A DNA stretch of 63,372 bases, counting the filler, from a bacterium (GTDB lineage Bacteria > JAJRZV01): NCBI GenBank assembly GCA_024275095.1. It is 8 parts of 7 records of this genome, joined end to end, with 100 filler letters (N's around TTAATTAATTAA, not from the genome) between each part and the next. Parts side by side here need not be neighbours in the genome. Positions count along the whole stretch, not along the records: positions 1 to 10,257 come from JAJRZV010000041.1; 7 more parts are not named here. One strand, written 5' to 3'. The position numbers and the translations under genes were made by a program. Below, in pieces: positions 1 through 10,357 of the stretch (positions within the stretch are counted from its first letter, which is position 1; every line of letters starts with the position of its first letter). A model generated the notes under the pieces. The model searched no databases. It saw only the letters and a list, made by a program, of their open reading frames with translations, and was not told where the DNA came from.

Positions 1-764
1 ATGTAATCAGGTGGAACGGCATTCATCGCATAGTCCGCTTCCCCTCGCATTAAATGAAGTACGCGGGACACATCGTTTTCCACGATAATAAATTCAACGC
101 AGGAAGGCCTTGATCCATCTCCGGTAAACACGGGACTACTTTTAAGCAAAAGGTCTTCTCCAGGAGTCCACTTTTCCAACACATAGGCTCCGGCACCCGG
201 GGGAGGTTCTGTACGTGGATATGAACATCGGGAAGGGTCTGGAACAATGTACAGCGTAAGTGCAAGTGTCTGAAACGGCACATACGGTTTTTTCAGCACA
301 AATTCCACCCGATATGGACCCGTGACATTTACACTTTCCAATGGCTCCAGTACTCCTGCAGCCGGAGAGGCATGAGCCGGGTTTTTCATCCACCTGTAGG
401 TATATGCCACATCATCGGCGGTAAGCGTGCAACCGTTGTAAAAGCGAACATTCTGTTTGAGATGCACCACATATCTTCGGCCGCTATCTTTTACCTCCAT
501 ATAAGAGGCAAGATCAGGACGAAGTTTCAGTTCTTCATCAAGACGAAACAATGAACGATATAAAAGCCCGTCAATGCGAACAGAATAAGCATCTCGTGCA
601 GTTCGGGGATCAAGGTCTGAGGGATTTCCTTCTATTAGCACGCGCAAACAATGTCTGGAATTTTGGTTTCTCTCGCATGACAAGTTGGTAAAACACGCAC
701 ATATAAGAGCAAAGGCAATCAATACAATTGGCCATCTTCTGTGTTTTCTACGAATTGTTCCCAT
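1..764 (-). CDS. ABC transporter peptide/nickel substrate-binding protein (family 5), 3'-truncated by window edge
   Basis: Not in the ORF track. Manual translation from ATG at 764 gives MGTIRRKHRRWPIVLIAFALICACF...IEGNPSDLDPR...LRPDLAS...NVRFYNGCTLTADDVAYTY...GAGAYVLEKWTPGE, open to position 1. LDP, PDLA, F-x-NG-x-x-LTADDV are SBP_bac_5 hallmarks. Confidence 0.88.
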   Translation of the reverse strand, partial: MGTIRRKHRRWPIVLIAFALICACFTNLSCERNQNSRHCLRVLIEGNPSDLDPRTARDAYSVRIDGLLYRSLFRLDEELKLRPDLASYMEVKDSGRRYVVHLKQNVRFYNGCTLTADDVAYTYRWMKNPAHASPAAGVLEPLESVNVTGPYRVEFVLKKPYVPFQTLALTLYIVPDPSRCSYPRTEPPPGAGAYVLEKWTPGEDLLLKSSPVFTGDGSRPSCVEFIIVENDVSRVLHLMRGEADYAMNAVPPDY

Positions 765-801
765 ACGTTCTCTGGTGCTATGGTGAATTTTAACCTCTCA
801 C

Positions 802-830
802 TCTTTACAGTGGGCCACGTGTGGTGTCAA
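802..830 (-). promoter_or_regulatory. Putative sigma70 promoter for the SBP gene
   Basis: TTGACA (830-825), 17-nt spacer, TAAAGA (807-802); the -10 is weak. Confidence 0.4.
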
Positions 831-921
831 GACAGCATCGAAAATGTTTATCACACCTGTGAAAAACTCTAAATAACAATTTCAACCGAGAAGAAAAGAG
901 CCTTTAAGGCGGATAATGTTA

Positions 922-947
922 CTCGTGCCGAAGGGGGGACTCGAACC
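922..947 (-). repeat. 26-bp direct repeat of the tRNA-Leu 3' end (att-like)
   Basis: ctcgtgccgaaggggggactcgaacc at 922-947 is identical to 1156-1181. Confidence 0.9.
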
Positions 948-1044
948 GCACTCGCTCGCTACCACCACCATCAATAATACCCGCAAAATACAACCAGAAT
1001 ATGCATCCACTCTCTTCTAAAAAACTACACCCGCTCCTTCATAT

Positions 1045-1080
1045 GCCCTGCTCCGCAGGGCCCACGGCTAACGCCGTGGG
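1045..1080. repeat. Two abutting GC-rich hairpins (REP-like)
   Basis: GCCCTGC-tcc-GCAGGGC (1045-1061) and CCCACGGC-taac-GCCGTGGG (1061-1080), both perfect stems. Confidence 0.7.
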
Positions 1081-1159
1081 GCTTCGAGCCTCCCTTTTAT
1101 ACCACTACACCATAAAACCTGTCTTTACGCTTATCCCTCTTTAACGGAAGTACATCTCG

Positions 1160-1243
1160 TGCCGAAGGGGGGACTCGAACCCCCACACCCTTACGGGTAC
1201 CACCCCCTCAAGATGGCGTGTCTACCAATTCCACCACTTCGGC
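1160..1243 (-). tRNA. tRNA-Leu(GAG), CCA not encoded
   Basis: Reverse complement starts GCCGAAGTGGTGGAATTGGTAGACACG, has anticodon arm CCATC-TTGAGGG-GGTGG, a long variable arm, a GGTTCGAGTCC T-arm and ends CTTCGGCA. It follows secG, a common synteny. Confidence 0.96.
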
Positions 1244-1298
1244 AATCGGCCTACATTATGCATTATAATTTGCATTTATAAAGTTAACCAAGTTGGAA

Positions 1299-1628
1299 TT
1301 ACTTTTCAACACCAGTGGGAGCCTGTGGAAATACACCTGCAGGGGGAGCCTCCTGCTTCTCTATTTTTCTTTCAACAGGAGCCTTATCAAATACGCTCTC
1401 ACGGTGCGTGGCCATGTAGGCGAGTATGCCAGACGTCAACATAAAAATAGCAGCAAGTACAATGGTAACCTTCTCCAGTACAGTGGGCGCAGAACTTCCA
1501 AACACAGCCTGCGTGGATGTACCTCCAAACACAGCTCCTATTTCCGAACCTCTTCCAAATTGAAGAAGCACAATTACTATAAGAAGTACCGATACAACCA
1601 CGTGGATAATCTTCAAAAGCACAATCAT
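1299..1628 (-). CDS. secG: Preprotein translocase subunit SecG
   Basis: VLLQ.GRG.EIGAVFGG...FGS, two TM segments, downstream of tpiA. Confidence 0.95.
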   Translation of the reverse strand: MIVLLKIIHVVVSVLLIVIVLLQFGRGSEIGAVFGGTSTQAVFGSSAPTVLEKVTIVLAAIFMLTSGILAYMATHRESVFDKAPVERKIEKQEAPPAGVFPQAPTGVEK

Positions 1629-1632
1629 CGTT

Positions 1633-2418
1633 TCACCTCAATTGCTTCACCATAAGGGTTTTCTCAATTATATCCGCAAAAGTTTCTGTTTCCAAGGAAG
1701 CACCTCCAACGAGAAAGCCGTCTATATCTTCCACAGAGGCCAATTCTTCTACGTTGGACGGTTTTACACTTCCACCGTATTGAACGGTCACCTGTGTACC
1801 TGTCCCTGCACCGTACCTTTCATCAATCACCTCGCGTATAAAAGCGTGCATTTCTCCCGCCTGCCCGGGAGTGGCATTACGTCCCGTTCCAATAGCCCAT
1901 ACAGGCTCATATGCAATTGTTATTCGTTCAACAATTTCATCGCGTGTGACATCACCCAGCGAAGCGTTCAACATCTCAGAAACCACTTCTTTTTCTCGAC
2001 CCTGTTCCCTTTCTTCCAGTGTTTCTCCAACACAAAGTACCACCTCCAAACCCGCCTGAAGAGCAGCACGTAATTTTTTCGCTATGAAAAAGCTATCTTC
2101 ACCAAAAAGGAGTCTCCTTTCCGAATGTCCAAGAATTACAAAATGCACCCCCATTTCTTTGAGCATAAAAGCGGAAATCTCTCCTGTAAACGCGCCTTTC
2201 TCTTCAAAGTGACAATTCTGTGCCCCTAGCTTCAATCCTTTCTCTTTGGCCAGATGCACCAACGGTACAAGCGATACGAATGGAGGAGCAATTCCGCATT
2301 CGCAGCGATTTCCTGCTGGAGGGAGGGACCACTTCTGAAAAAAATCCAGAGCCTCTTCGGGTCCCTTGTGCATCTTCCAGTTACCATAAATTCTTACAGT
2401 ACGCCTCCCGGTCATCAC
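1633..2418 (-). CDS. tpiA: Triosephosphate isomerase
   Basis: GNWKMH, GHSERR, AYEPVWAIGTG, LVGGASL motifs. Confidence 0.98.
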   Translation of the reverse strand: MMTGRRTVRIYGNWKMHKGPEEALDFFQKWSLPPAGNRCECGIAPPFVSLVPLVHLAKEKGLKLGAQNCHFEEKGAFTGEISAFMLKEMGVHFVILGHSERRLLFGEDSFFIAKKLRAALQAGLEVVLCVGETLEEREQGREKEVVSEMLNASLGDVTRDEIVERITIAYEPVWAIGTGRNATPGQAGEMHAFIREVIDERYGAGTGTQVTVQYGGSVKPSNVEELASVEDIDGFLVGGASLETETFADIIEKTLMVKQLR

Positions 2419-2419
2419 A

Positions 2420-3607
2420 TCACCTCAGAGCACGAATTCCCGGCAGTTCCCTGCCCTCGAGAAGATGTATAAACGCACCACCACCTGTAGAAATATATGA
2501 AATATTAGCCCACTCTCCCGCCCGGTGAATGGCAACGTCCGTATCACCGCCACCCACAATGGTCATGGCATACGAACGTGCAAGCGTTGAAACCATCGCC
2601 AGTGTGCCGCGAGCAAACGGCTCAACCTCGAATATACCCATCGGGCCGTTCCATACAATCGTCCGTGCATCACGCAGCGCCTCTGCAAAAAGCGTAACTG
2701 TGGCCGGACCGATATCCACTCCATACCATTTCTCGGGAATTTCCTGAGAAGGCACTACTTCTACTTTTGCACTTTCGTGAACTTTATCAGCCACGACACA
2801 GTCAACCGGCAGATAAATTTTCACATTGTTACGATGCGCTTTGGTAAGTATGCGGCGTGCCAGTGGTACAGCCTTCTCTTCCACAAGAGACTGACCAGTA
2901 GGAAAGCCCATTGCCCTGAGAAATGTAAATGACATTCCTCCGCCGATAAGGAGTTTGTCCACCATACCCACGAGATGTTCTATGGCCCGGATCTTGCTGG
3001 CCACTTTACCCCCTCCGATAATCGCACAGAAGGGCCGCCGCGGGTTATCAAGAGCGCGCTTGAAATAGTTGATTTCTTTTCGCATGAGAAAACCGGCACC
3101 CCTTTCCTTCACAAAACGCGGGACAGAAACAATGGAAGCATGCTCCCTGTGACTCACGGCAAACGCATCATTTATGTATACATCCCCCAATGACGCCAGA
3201 GCCTTTGCAAACGCCGTGCTGTTGTCTGTTTCTCCTTTGTAAAATCGCAAATTCTCCAAACAGAGCACCTCTCCTTCCTTCATGCGCCTGACCGCCCTTT
3301 CCACACCAGGCCCTATACAATCGCTTACAAATTTCACATCTCGAGAAATATACCTTGCCAACCTTTTGGCCACGTTTCTCAGTGAATACCTCTTGACACG
3401 TTTTCCACCGGGACGGTCCATGTGGGACATAATGATGACTTTTGCCTCCTCGTCGAGACAATAATTGACGGTAGGAGCAATTCTGCGGATGCGGGTATCA
3501 TCAAGAATATTACCGTCAGCATCAACGGGAACGTTCAGGTCCACTCGCAATAACACCCGCTTTCCTCGTATGGCTATCTGGTCGAGATATCGGATCTGGG
3601 AATCCAC
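2420..3607 (-). CDS. pgk: Phosphoglycerate kinase
   Basis: RVDLNVP, LENLRF, WNGPMG.FE, GGGDT, STGGGA motifs. Confidence 0.98.
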   Translation of the reverse strand: MDSQIRYLDQIAIRGKRVLLRVDLNVPVDADGNILDDTRIRRIAPTVNYCLDEEAKVIIMSHMDRPGGKRVKRYSLRNVAKRLARYISRDVKFVSDCIGPGVERAVRRMKEGEVLCLENLRFYKGETDNSTAFAKALASLGDVYINDAFAVSHREHASIVSVPRFVKERGAGFLMRKEINYFKRALDNPRRPFCAIIGGGKVASKIRAIEHLVGMVDKLLIGGGMSFTFLRAMGFPTGQSLVEEKAVPLARRILTKAHRNNVKIYLPVDCVVADKVHESAKVEVVPSQEIPEKWYGVDIGPATVTLFAEALRDARTIVWNGPMGIFEVEPFARGTLAMVSTLARSYAMTIVGGGDTDVAIHRAGEWANISYISTGGGAFIHLLEGRELPGIRALR

Positions 3608-3609
3608 GG

Positions 3610-4662
<1,053 letters not shown>

Positions 4663-4674
4663 TTATCTTTCAAG

Positions 4675-5628
4675 TCAATCAAGTAGCCCCTCTGCCTCAG
4701 CATTGTAATAAGCACCTTTAAGACCGGCCTGATAGCCCACTCTTGAGCGCACAATCCTCACCTTAGAAATAAGCTCGGGATAAACCCTGTGCTTCAGTTC
4801 CTGCATAAAATATCCTTTAAAAAGCACCCACGATTTCGCCAAGCCTCCGCCTATGACCACTGCTTCGGGAGCAAGGGTGTTAATCAGACTCCCAACGCCC
4901 GCCGCGAGATAATACGAAAATCGCTTAACAATTCGCCGGGCCTTCGCATTACCTTCAGACATTAAAACAAACACGTCCTTTGCTTCCTTTACCTGAGACA
5001 AACCCTCTTCCTCGGCATCAATCATAATCCCCTCTGACGAAGCGTATCTCTCCATACATCCACGGTTACCGCAATTACAGGGACGACCTTCCGGCTCCAC
5101 GGTAATGTGGCCCACCTCCCCCGCCGTCCCCAAACCTCCCCTAAGGAGTTTCCCATCAATAATAACTGCACCGCCGATTCCTGTACCAAGAGTTAACATG
5201 ATAAATGATGAATATTTTTGACCGACCCCGTCTCTGGCTTCAGCAAGACCATGGAGGTTGGCATCATTTTCAATAATGACGGGAATGTTCACTGAACTGG
5301 CAAGTCGTTCTGCCAGCTGAAAATTTTTCCATTGAGGGAAATGTGGTGATTTATACACGGTGCCTGTCCTTTTATTGACAAGCCCGGGAATTCCTGCAGA
5401 AACGCCCCGTACATCTACAGAGGGAGTGGCTTGGATTACCTCCCTCGCAGCATCTGAAAGAAAAGTAACGATTGCCTTTTCATTTCTTTTCTCCGGAACA
5501 GGGATCGTGAACACACGTGATATTTTGACACCTTTTGCAAAAAAAGCCGCTTTGAGATAGGTACCGCCCAGGTCCAGACAAACAACACCTTCTTGACGTT
5601 TTGCAGAACCTTTTTTTTGTGTATTCAT
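4675..5628 (-). CDS. ROK family sugar kinase (glucokinase-like)
   Basis: DLGGT, ENDAN, LGTGIGG, GEVGH, CNCGNRGCME. Confidence 0.92.
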   Translation of the reverse strand: MNTQKKGSAKRQEGVVCLDLGGTYLKAAFFAKGVKISRVFTIPVPEKRNEKAIVTFLSDAAREVIQATPSVDVRGVSAGIPGLVNKRTGTVYKSPHFPQWKNFQLAERLASSVNIPVIIENDANLHGLAEARDGVGQKYSSFIMLTLGTGIGGAVIIDGKLLRGGLGTAGEVGHITVEPEGRPCNCGNRGCMERYASSEGIMIDAEEEGLSQVKEAKDVFVLMSEGNAKARRIVKRFSYYLAAGVGSLINTLAPEAVVIGGGLAKSWVLFKGYFMQELKHRVYPELISKVRIVRSRVGYQAGLKGAYYNAEAEGLLD

Positions 5629-5632
5629 AAGC

Positions 5633-6397
5633 TTACCGGAGAAAGGAAAGCAATCGTTCTGCGCTTTCTGAAAGATCTGTCTCTGGTACTAACTCCACCA
5701 CCTTTTTGAGATGTTCCCTGGCTTTCTTCTTCATATTGAGCTTCAAATACGCGCGCCCGAGGTTATAGTGAGCTTCTGCATAAAGTGGCGCATACTCCAC
5801 AGCCTTCTCAAGTTCTTTAACCCCTTCTTTGTACCGTTTTTGCTCCATATACACGAGACCGAGAAAATTTCTCGCCATGGCAAGCCTGGGGGCGAGGTTC
5901 AATGCCTCACGCAGTGCCCGCTCTGCTTCCTTGAAGCGGCCGAGCCTGTAATATGCTATGCCGAGATTGGTATAAGCCCTTTCAGGCGTGGGATAAAGAA
6001 CATCTGAAAGAGCTTTTTGACACACCTCAATCGCCTCTTCGTATCGAGCCGCAGCAACGTACACAGCGCATAGATTATTGTAGTACTCGCCCATCACCTT
6101 GTCCCCAGAGAGGTGAATGGCCTGTTTAAGGTGATCTACGGCCCTGTCTAAACGCCCAAGTGCATAATACGTAAGGCCCAGCATGTTGTGCACCTCCGGA
6201 TTGTCAGGGGCAAACTGCTGGGCTCTGGAGAATTCATTAAGCGCTCTTATCACATCACCCTGAGCAAAGTAGGAGAGACCGAGTTTGTAATGAGTTTCAT
6301 ACTTCTTCGCTGTGTTCGCGCATCCGGCGAACATGAGTATGGCAAATATCATCGGCCAAACACTTTTCACCGGAAACAGAGGTTCAATTTTTCTCAT
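5633..6397 (-). CDS. TPR lipoprotein, PilF/PilW/Tgl-like (type IV pilus secretin pilotin)
   Basis: Lipobox FAGC, tandem TPRs, LYPTPE.AY.NLG motif typical of PilF/Tgl. Confidence 0.75.
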   Translation of the reverse strand: MRKIEPLFPVKSVWPMIFAILMFAGCANTAKKYETHYKLGLSYFAQGDVIRALNEFSRAQQFAPDNPEVHNMLGLTYYALGRLDRAVDHLKQAIHLSGDKVMGEYYNNLCAVYVAAARYEEAIEVCQKALSDVLYPTPERAYTNLGIAYYRLGRFKEAERALREALNLAPRLAMARNFLGLVYMEQKRYKEGVKELEKAVEYAPLYAEAHYNLGRAYLKLNMKKKAREHLKKVVELVPETDLSESAERLLSFLR

Positions 6398-7103
6398 TGT
6401 TATCTCCATCAATAATTTTGTACTTCTTCAGCAAATTTTTAAGCGAACCGTTTCTGGAGTCGTCTTTACCTTTCTCACGATGATTTTCTTCATCATCAGG
6501 AGCTTCTTCCACAAGTTCGATCGCGTTTTCCTCACCTTGATCAAATGTTTCTTCATCTTCCTCGATTTCTTCAGTAAGTTCTATATCTTCCTCGATCTCC
6601 TCTGTAAGTTCAATATGAGAGTCCTCATCCACCTCTTCCTCAAGTTCTAAGGTCCCATCATCCTCGCTTCCCTCGACTTCTTCTTGGAGTGTGATCTCCC
6701 CACCAGTGGCTTCTATGAACTCTTCAATGCTTGAATAAAAAAGTGGGCACTGTTCTACAATCTCTGCATCTTCAGCGTCTTTCAAACGACTAACCTTTAT
6801 TTCTTCCATTACAAAACCCATGGACTCACAAAACTCTACAGCACGCTCGAGCGCTTTATGCACATCTCCAGGAGCTACAGGTCCCGGAGGGGTGTAAAAT
6901 TCAAGTGACATCACATCAGGAAGGAAAAACACGATGTCAACTTCTACGCCCTTACCCGCCTTTTGAGCAATTACAAAAGCCCTGGCACGCTGGGCCCCAC
7001 TGGTTTGAGACACAATATCAGGTTCATTAACAGACATGTAAAAAGCCATAAGTTCCTCTCGGTTTATTTTTTTGTGTTTTAACCGAGAATTGTATTTAAA
7101 CAT
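6384..7103 (-). CDS. Conserved hypothetical protein with acidic low-complexity tail
   Basis: A.EFCESMGF.M motif resembles proteins next to tgl in Deltaproteobacteria (recalled, unverified); E/D-rich C-terminus. Confidence 0.7.
   Translation of the reverse strand: MFKYNSRLKHKKINREELMAFYMSVNEPDIVSQTSGAQRARAFVIAQKAGKGVEVDIVFFLPDVMSLEFYTPPGPVAPGDVHKALERAVEFCESMGFVMEEIKVSRLKDAEDAEIVEQCPLFYSSIEEFIEATGGEITLQEEVEGSEDDGTLELEEEVDEDSHIELTEEIEEDIELTEEIEEDEETFDQGEENAIELVEEAPDDEENHREKGKDDSRNGSLKNLLKKYKIIDGDNNEKN
6555..6614 (-). repeat. 2 x 30-bp tandem coding repeat (IELTEEIEED x2)
   Basis: atcttcctcgatttcttcagtaagttctat followed by atcttcctcgatctcctctgtaagttcaat. Confidence 0.8.
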
Positions 7104-8045
7104 TTACCCTCTCAGTGAACTCTTTTCGAGGGGTTCAAAATCTGTCATCTTTCTGAACAGAGAAAAGCGACGATAGAGTTCCTCATCGCTCATTGAAATA
7201 AGACCTTTCACACTGAACTCTTCTACAGTAAATGATGCAACAACACTCCCCATTACCACTGCCTGCCTGAACGTTACAGGATCTACAGCACCCGAAGAAT
7301 CAAGATGCCTGTCCAACCAGCCCAGCACACCCCCCGCAAAAGAATCTCCTGCGCCCGTAGGATCTTTGACGGTGTCGAGCGGAAACGCCGGTACAAAGAA
7401 CACGCCTTCTTTTGAAAAGCAAATGGCACCATATTCACCGCGCTTTACAATAAGGGTTTCGACCCCCCTGGCCTGAAGTTTTTTGTAAGCCCTGACCAGA
7501 TTGGGCTCTTCTGTAAGAAAACGCAATTCTCCTTCATTCATAAATACAATATCACATCGTTCCATCACCTTGAAAACACTGTCGCGTTTGGAAGAAATCC
7601 AGAAATCCATGGTGTCACATGCTTTAATGGAAGCACCTTCGCACGCTGAAAGAACTTTCATTTGAAGGTCAGGGTCAATATTGGCAAGAAATACGATATC
7701 GTATTTTTGACCATCCATTTTCGTTCCGGGATCAAATTTTTCAAACACGTTCAACTGTGTGTCGAGTGTATGGGCAGTGTTCATATCATACTCGTACCGT
7801 CCGACCCATCTAAAGGTCTGTCCTTCTGCCACTTTCACGTACTCCAGTGAAATACCGAGCTCCTCGAGAAGGCGCCTGTCATCATCCCGAAAGTCTGTGC
7901 CAACCACACTTATTGGAATCACACGTGTGAATCGAGAAGCGGCAATGGAGAAATATACTGCAGAACCACCCAGTGCTTCCTTTACACGGCCAAAAGGGGT
8001 TTCGATCGTATCATAAGCAATACTCCCTGTAACAAGAATACTCAT
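7104..8045 (-). CDS. PfkB family carbohydrate/nucleoside kinase
   Basis: GSIAYD, LGGSA.YF, DPTGAGDSFAGG. Confidence 0.93.
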   Translation of the reverse strand: MSILVTGSIAYDTIETPFGRVKEALGGSAVYFSIAASRFTRVIPISVVGTDFRDDDRRLLEELGISLEYVKVAEGQTFRWVGRYEYDMNTAHTLDTQLNVFEKFDPGTKMDGQKYDIVFLANIDPDLQMKVLSACEGASIKACDTMDFWISSKRDSVFKVMERCDIVFMNEGELRFLTEEPNLVRAYKKLQARGVETLIVKRGEYGAICFSKEGVFFVPAFPLDTVKDPTGAGDSFAGGVLGWLDRHLDSSGAVDPVTFRQAVVMGSVVASFTVEEFSVKGLISMSDEELYRRFSLFRKMTDFEPLEKSSLRG

Positions 8046-8899
8046 GAGATGTACCTGGAAATAATTATTTTCAATTTTTCCTTAACATCCCCAGATATTA
8101 CAGAAGGTGATGTAATAATGGCATCTTTTAATGCACTCGCGCAGCCACATTCTGCAGTAAGTTCGTTCACATGAGCTGCAACCTCAAGTGCCACCTTCCG
8201 GGCTTTGTGAACGTTTTCATTCATTGTTTTAATAATTTCTTCCACGGTTACAACCTCGCTGGATATACGCCAGCAATCATAATCCGTCACAAGCGCAAGA
8301 GTGGCATAACATATTTCTGCTTCCCGTGCCAGTTTCGCTTCTGTTGCATTGGTCATGCCTATAACGTCCACTCCCCACGAGCGATATGTTAAAGATTCTG
8401 CTCTGGAAGAAAACTGGGGCCCTTCAATACATACATACGTACCACGCGAAACTTTCCCGGTAACCCTGCGAACACTTTCTTCCAGCAATGCTGAAAGTTG
8501 TGGGCAAACCGGATCTGCCATCGATACATGCGCTACAATTCCATTTTCAAAAAAAGTGCTCTTACGCCTATACGTCCGATCAATAAACTGTTCAACCACC
8601 ACAAGGTCCCCTGGCTTCACTTCTTCCTTCATACTTCCCACGGCACTGACGGAAAGAATTCTGTCGACACCAACACTTTTCAAAGCATAAATGTTCGCCT
8701 GATAATTAATATCCGATGGACTGTAACAGTGTCCACGCCCGTGACGAGAGAGAAATACCACATCGCTCCCCCCCAATCTCCCAAAGATGAGTGCATCTGA
8801 TGGATCACCAAATGGAGTTTTAACAGTTCTCTCTTCCAGCACCTCCAGTTCTTCCATTTGATACAAACCACTCCCTCCAATGATTCCCAAAAGTCCCAT
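8042..8899 (-). CDS. mtnP: S-methyl-5'-thioadenosine phosphorylase
   Basis: GIIGGSG, RHGRGH, EGPQFS.RAES, VIGMT, VTDYDCW. Confidence 0.95.
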   Translation of the reverse strand: MGLLGIIGGSGLYQMEELEVLEERTVKTPFGDPSDALIFGRLGGSDVVFLSRHGRGHCYSPSDINYQANIYALKSVGVDRILSVSAVGSMKEEVKPGDLVVVEQFIDRTYRRKSTFFENGIVAHVSMADPVCPQLSALLEESVRRVTGKVSRGTYVCIEGPQFSSRAESLTYRSWGVDVIGMTNATEAKLAREAEICYATLALVTDYDCWRISSEVVTVEEIIKTMNENVHKARKVALEVAAHVNELTAECGCASALKDAIITSPSVISGDVKEKLKIIISRYIS

Positions 8900-8956
8900 T
8901 ATCACCTCCCTCGTACTGAAAGATTCAACTGGCCGGCACCTCTGCCAAAAGGAATT

Positions 8957-10042
8957 TTATCGTGACGCCCTCTCTCCTTCAATAAAAGGAGTTTTGCCCT
9001 GAAGATAGGTGATACCAAGCTGTCCACAGGCCGCTTTTACTCCCTTCGCCTTGCTTTCCCGCACAGTAGTAAGTATGCTCCTGTCAAGAAGTTGTTTTTG
9101 AAAAACTCTCACACGTTCCGGGCTGGGTCTCTTCCACTGAGAACCTGGTATTTCATTATACGGAATAAGGTTAACCTTACACCTGAAAGTAATCAGTGAT
9201 GCCAGAGTGCTGGCATCTTCTGCGCTATCGTTAAAGTTTTCAATCAGAAGATATTCCAGGGTAATCAACCGCCGTACCCTGGAAGCAAGTTCCTTTAATG
9301 TTTTGAAAATATCGTCCAGTGGAGCTGCTTCAGCTGCCCGTGGCATTATCGCCCGGCGGCGGTTTTCATCTGGAGCATGGAGAGAAACGGCCAGGTTGGC
9401 ACTACATTGCTCAACAAACTTTTTCATTTTATCAGGCAGACCTATTGTGCTTACTGTAATGCGTCTGGGAGAAATCTGAAACCCCTCTTCCGCTGATATC
9501 GTCCCGATAGCCTGAATTACCTCTTTCATATTCAACAACGGTTCTCCCATTCCCATAAACACCACATTGGTTATTCCTTTATTCCACCTGTTCAGGGCGT
9601 ACCGGTGCATCCATATCAGTTGTTCGAGAATTTCGCCTGAAGAAAGATTTCTGAAAAGGCCAATGCGTCCCGTGGCGCAGAATGTACAGGCAAGCGCACA
9701 TCCTGATTGAGACGAAACACAAGCCGTGATACGGTCACCATCCGGCATCAACACACTTTCAATGGGGTATCCTTCAACAGTGGCGAAAAGGAACTTCGCG
9801 CTTCCGTCATCGTCTTTGACAATTCCTTTCAGGTGGAGAGAACCCAAAACAAAAAATTCCTCCAGCACAGAAGCAGCAACCTTACCAAGTCCTTTAACCG
9901 CCGCAAACGAATCTACTGCTCGTTTGTAAAGGAACTGAAAAACCAGCTTTGCTTTAAAAGGCTGTATCTTTTTCTCCAGTAAAAATTCCGAGAGCTCTTT
10001 TAAAGAAATTTCATAAATATTTTTTTTACCGGCACCGCTCAT
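8957..10042 (-). CDS. rlmN: Dual-specificity rRNA/tRNA methyltransferase RlmN (radical SAM)
   Basis: SQSGCALACTFCATG, MGMGEPL, SLHA, AACGQL; follows ndk. Confidence 0.95.
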   Translation of the reverse strand: MSGAGKKNIYEISLKELSEFLLEKKIQPFKAKLVFQFLYKRAVDSFAAVKGLGKVAASVLEEFFVLGSLHLKGIVKDDDGSAKFLFATVEGYPIESVLMPDGDRITACVSSQSGCALACTFCATGRIGLFRNLSSGEILEQLIWMHRYALNRWNKGITNVVFMGMGEPLLNMKEVIQAIGTISAEEGFQISPRRITVSTIGLPDKMKKFVEQCSANLAVSLHAPDENRRRAIMPRAAEAAPLDDIFKTLKELASRVRRLITLEYLLIENFNDSAEDASTLASLITFRCKVNLIPYNEIPGSQWKRPSPERVRVFQKQLLDRSILTTVRESKAKGVKAACGQLGITYLQGKTPFIEGERASR

Positions 10043-10257
10043 CACGGTGTTTCTATTTCAGGAAAAAAGAATCTTATTTCCAGCTTCGCGTTCTCAACTG
10101 AATCAGACCCGTGAATAGCGTTTTTCTCCACATCCGTGGCGTAAAGTTTACGCAAAGTACCCGGCTCGGCCTTCGCCGGATCCGTCGCTCCCATAATATC
10201 CCTGACCCTTTTAACAGCATTTTCTCCTTCCAGAACCGCTGCTATACAGGGCCCGGA
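10042..10257 (-). CDS. ndk: Nucleoside diphosphate kinase, C-terminal part (5' cut by contig end)
   Basis: Not in the ORF track. Manual translation: [71 protein letters not shown]. Confidence 0.96.
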   Translation of the reverse strand, partial: SGPCIAAVLEGENAVKRVRDIMGATDPAKAEPGTLRKLYATDVEKNAIHGSDSVENAKLEIRFFFPEIETP

Positions 10258-10357
10258 NNNNNNNNNNNNNNNNNNNNNNNNNNNNNNNNNNNNNNNNNNN
10301 NTTAATTAATTAANNNNNNNNNNNNNNNNNNNNNNNNNNNNNNNNNNNNNNNNNNNN
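10258..10357. other. Artificial contig linker
   Basis: N-run + TTAATTAATTAA (stop in six frames) + N-run. Confidence 0.98.

Noticed and set aside
845-870. tttatcaca-cc-tgtgaaaaa as a DnaA-box cluster or oriC
   Set aside because: Only one relaxed match plus one mismatched copy, with no dnaA context or unwinding element.
922-960. Possible second tRNA gene
   Set aside because: Only the 3' acceptor strand and part of the T-arm are present; there is no D or anticodon arm.
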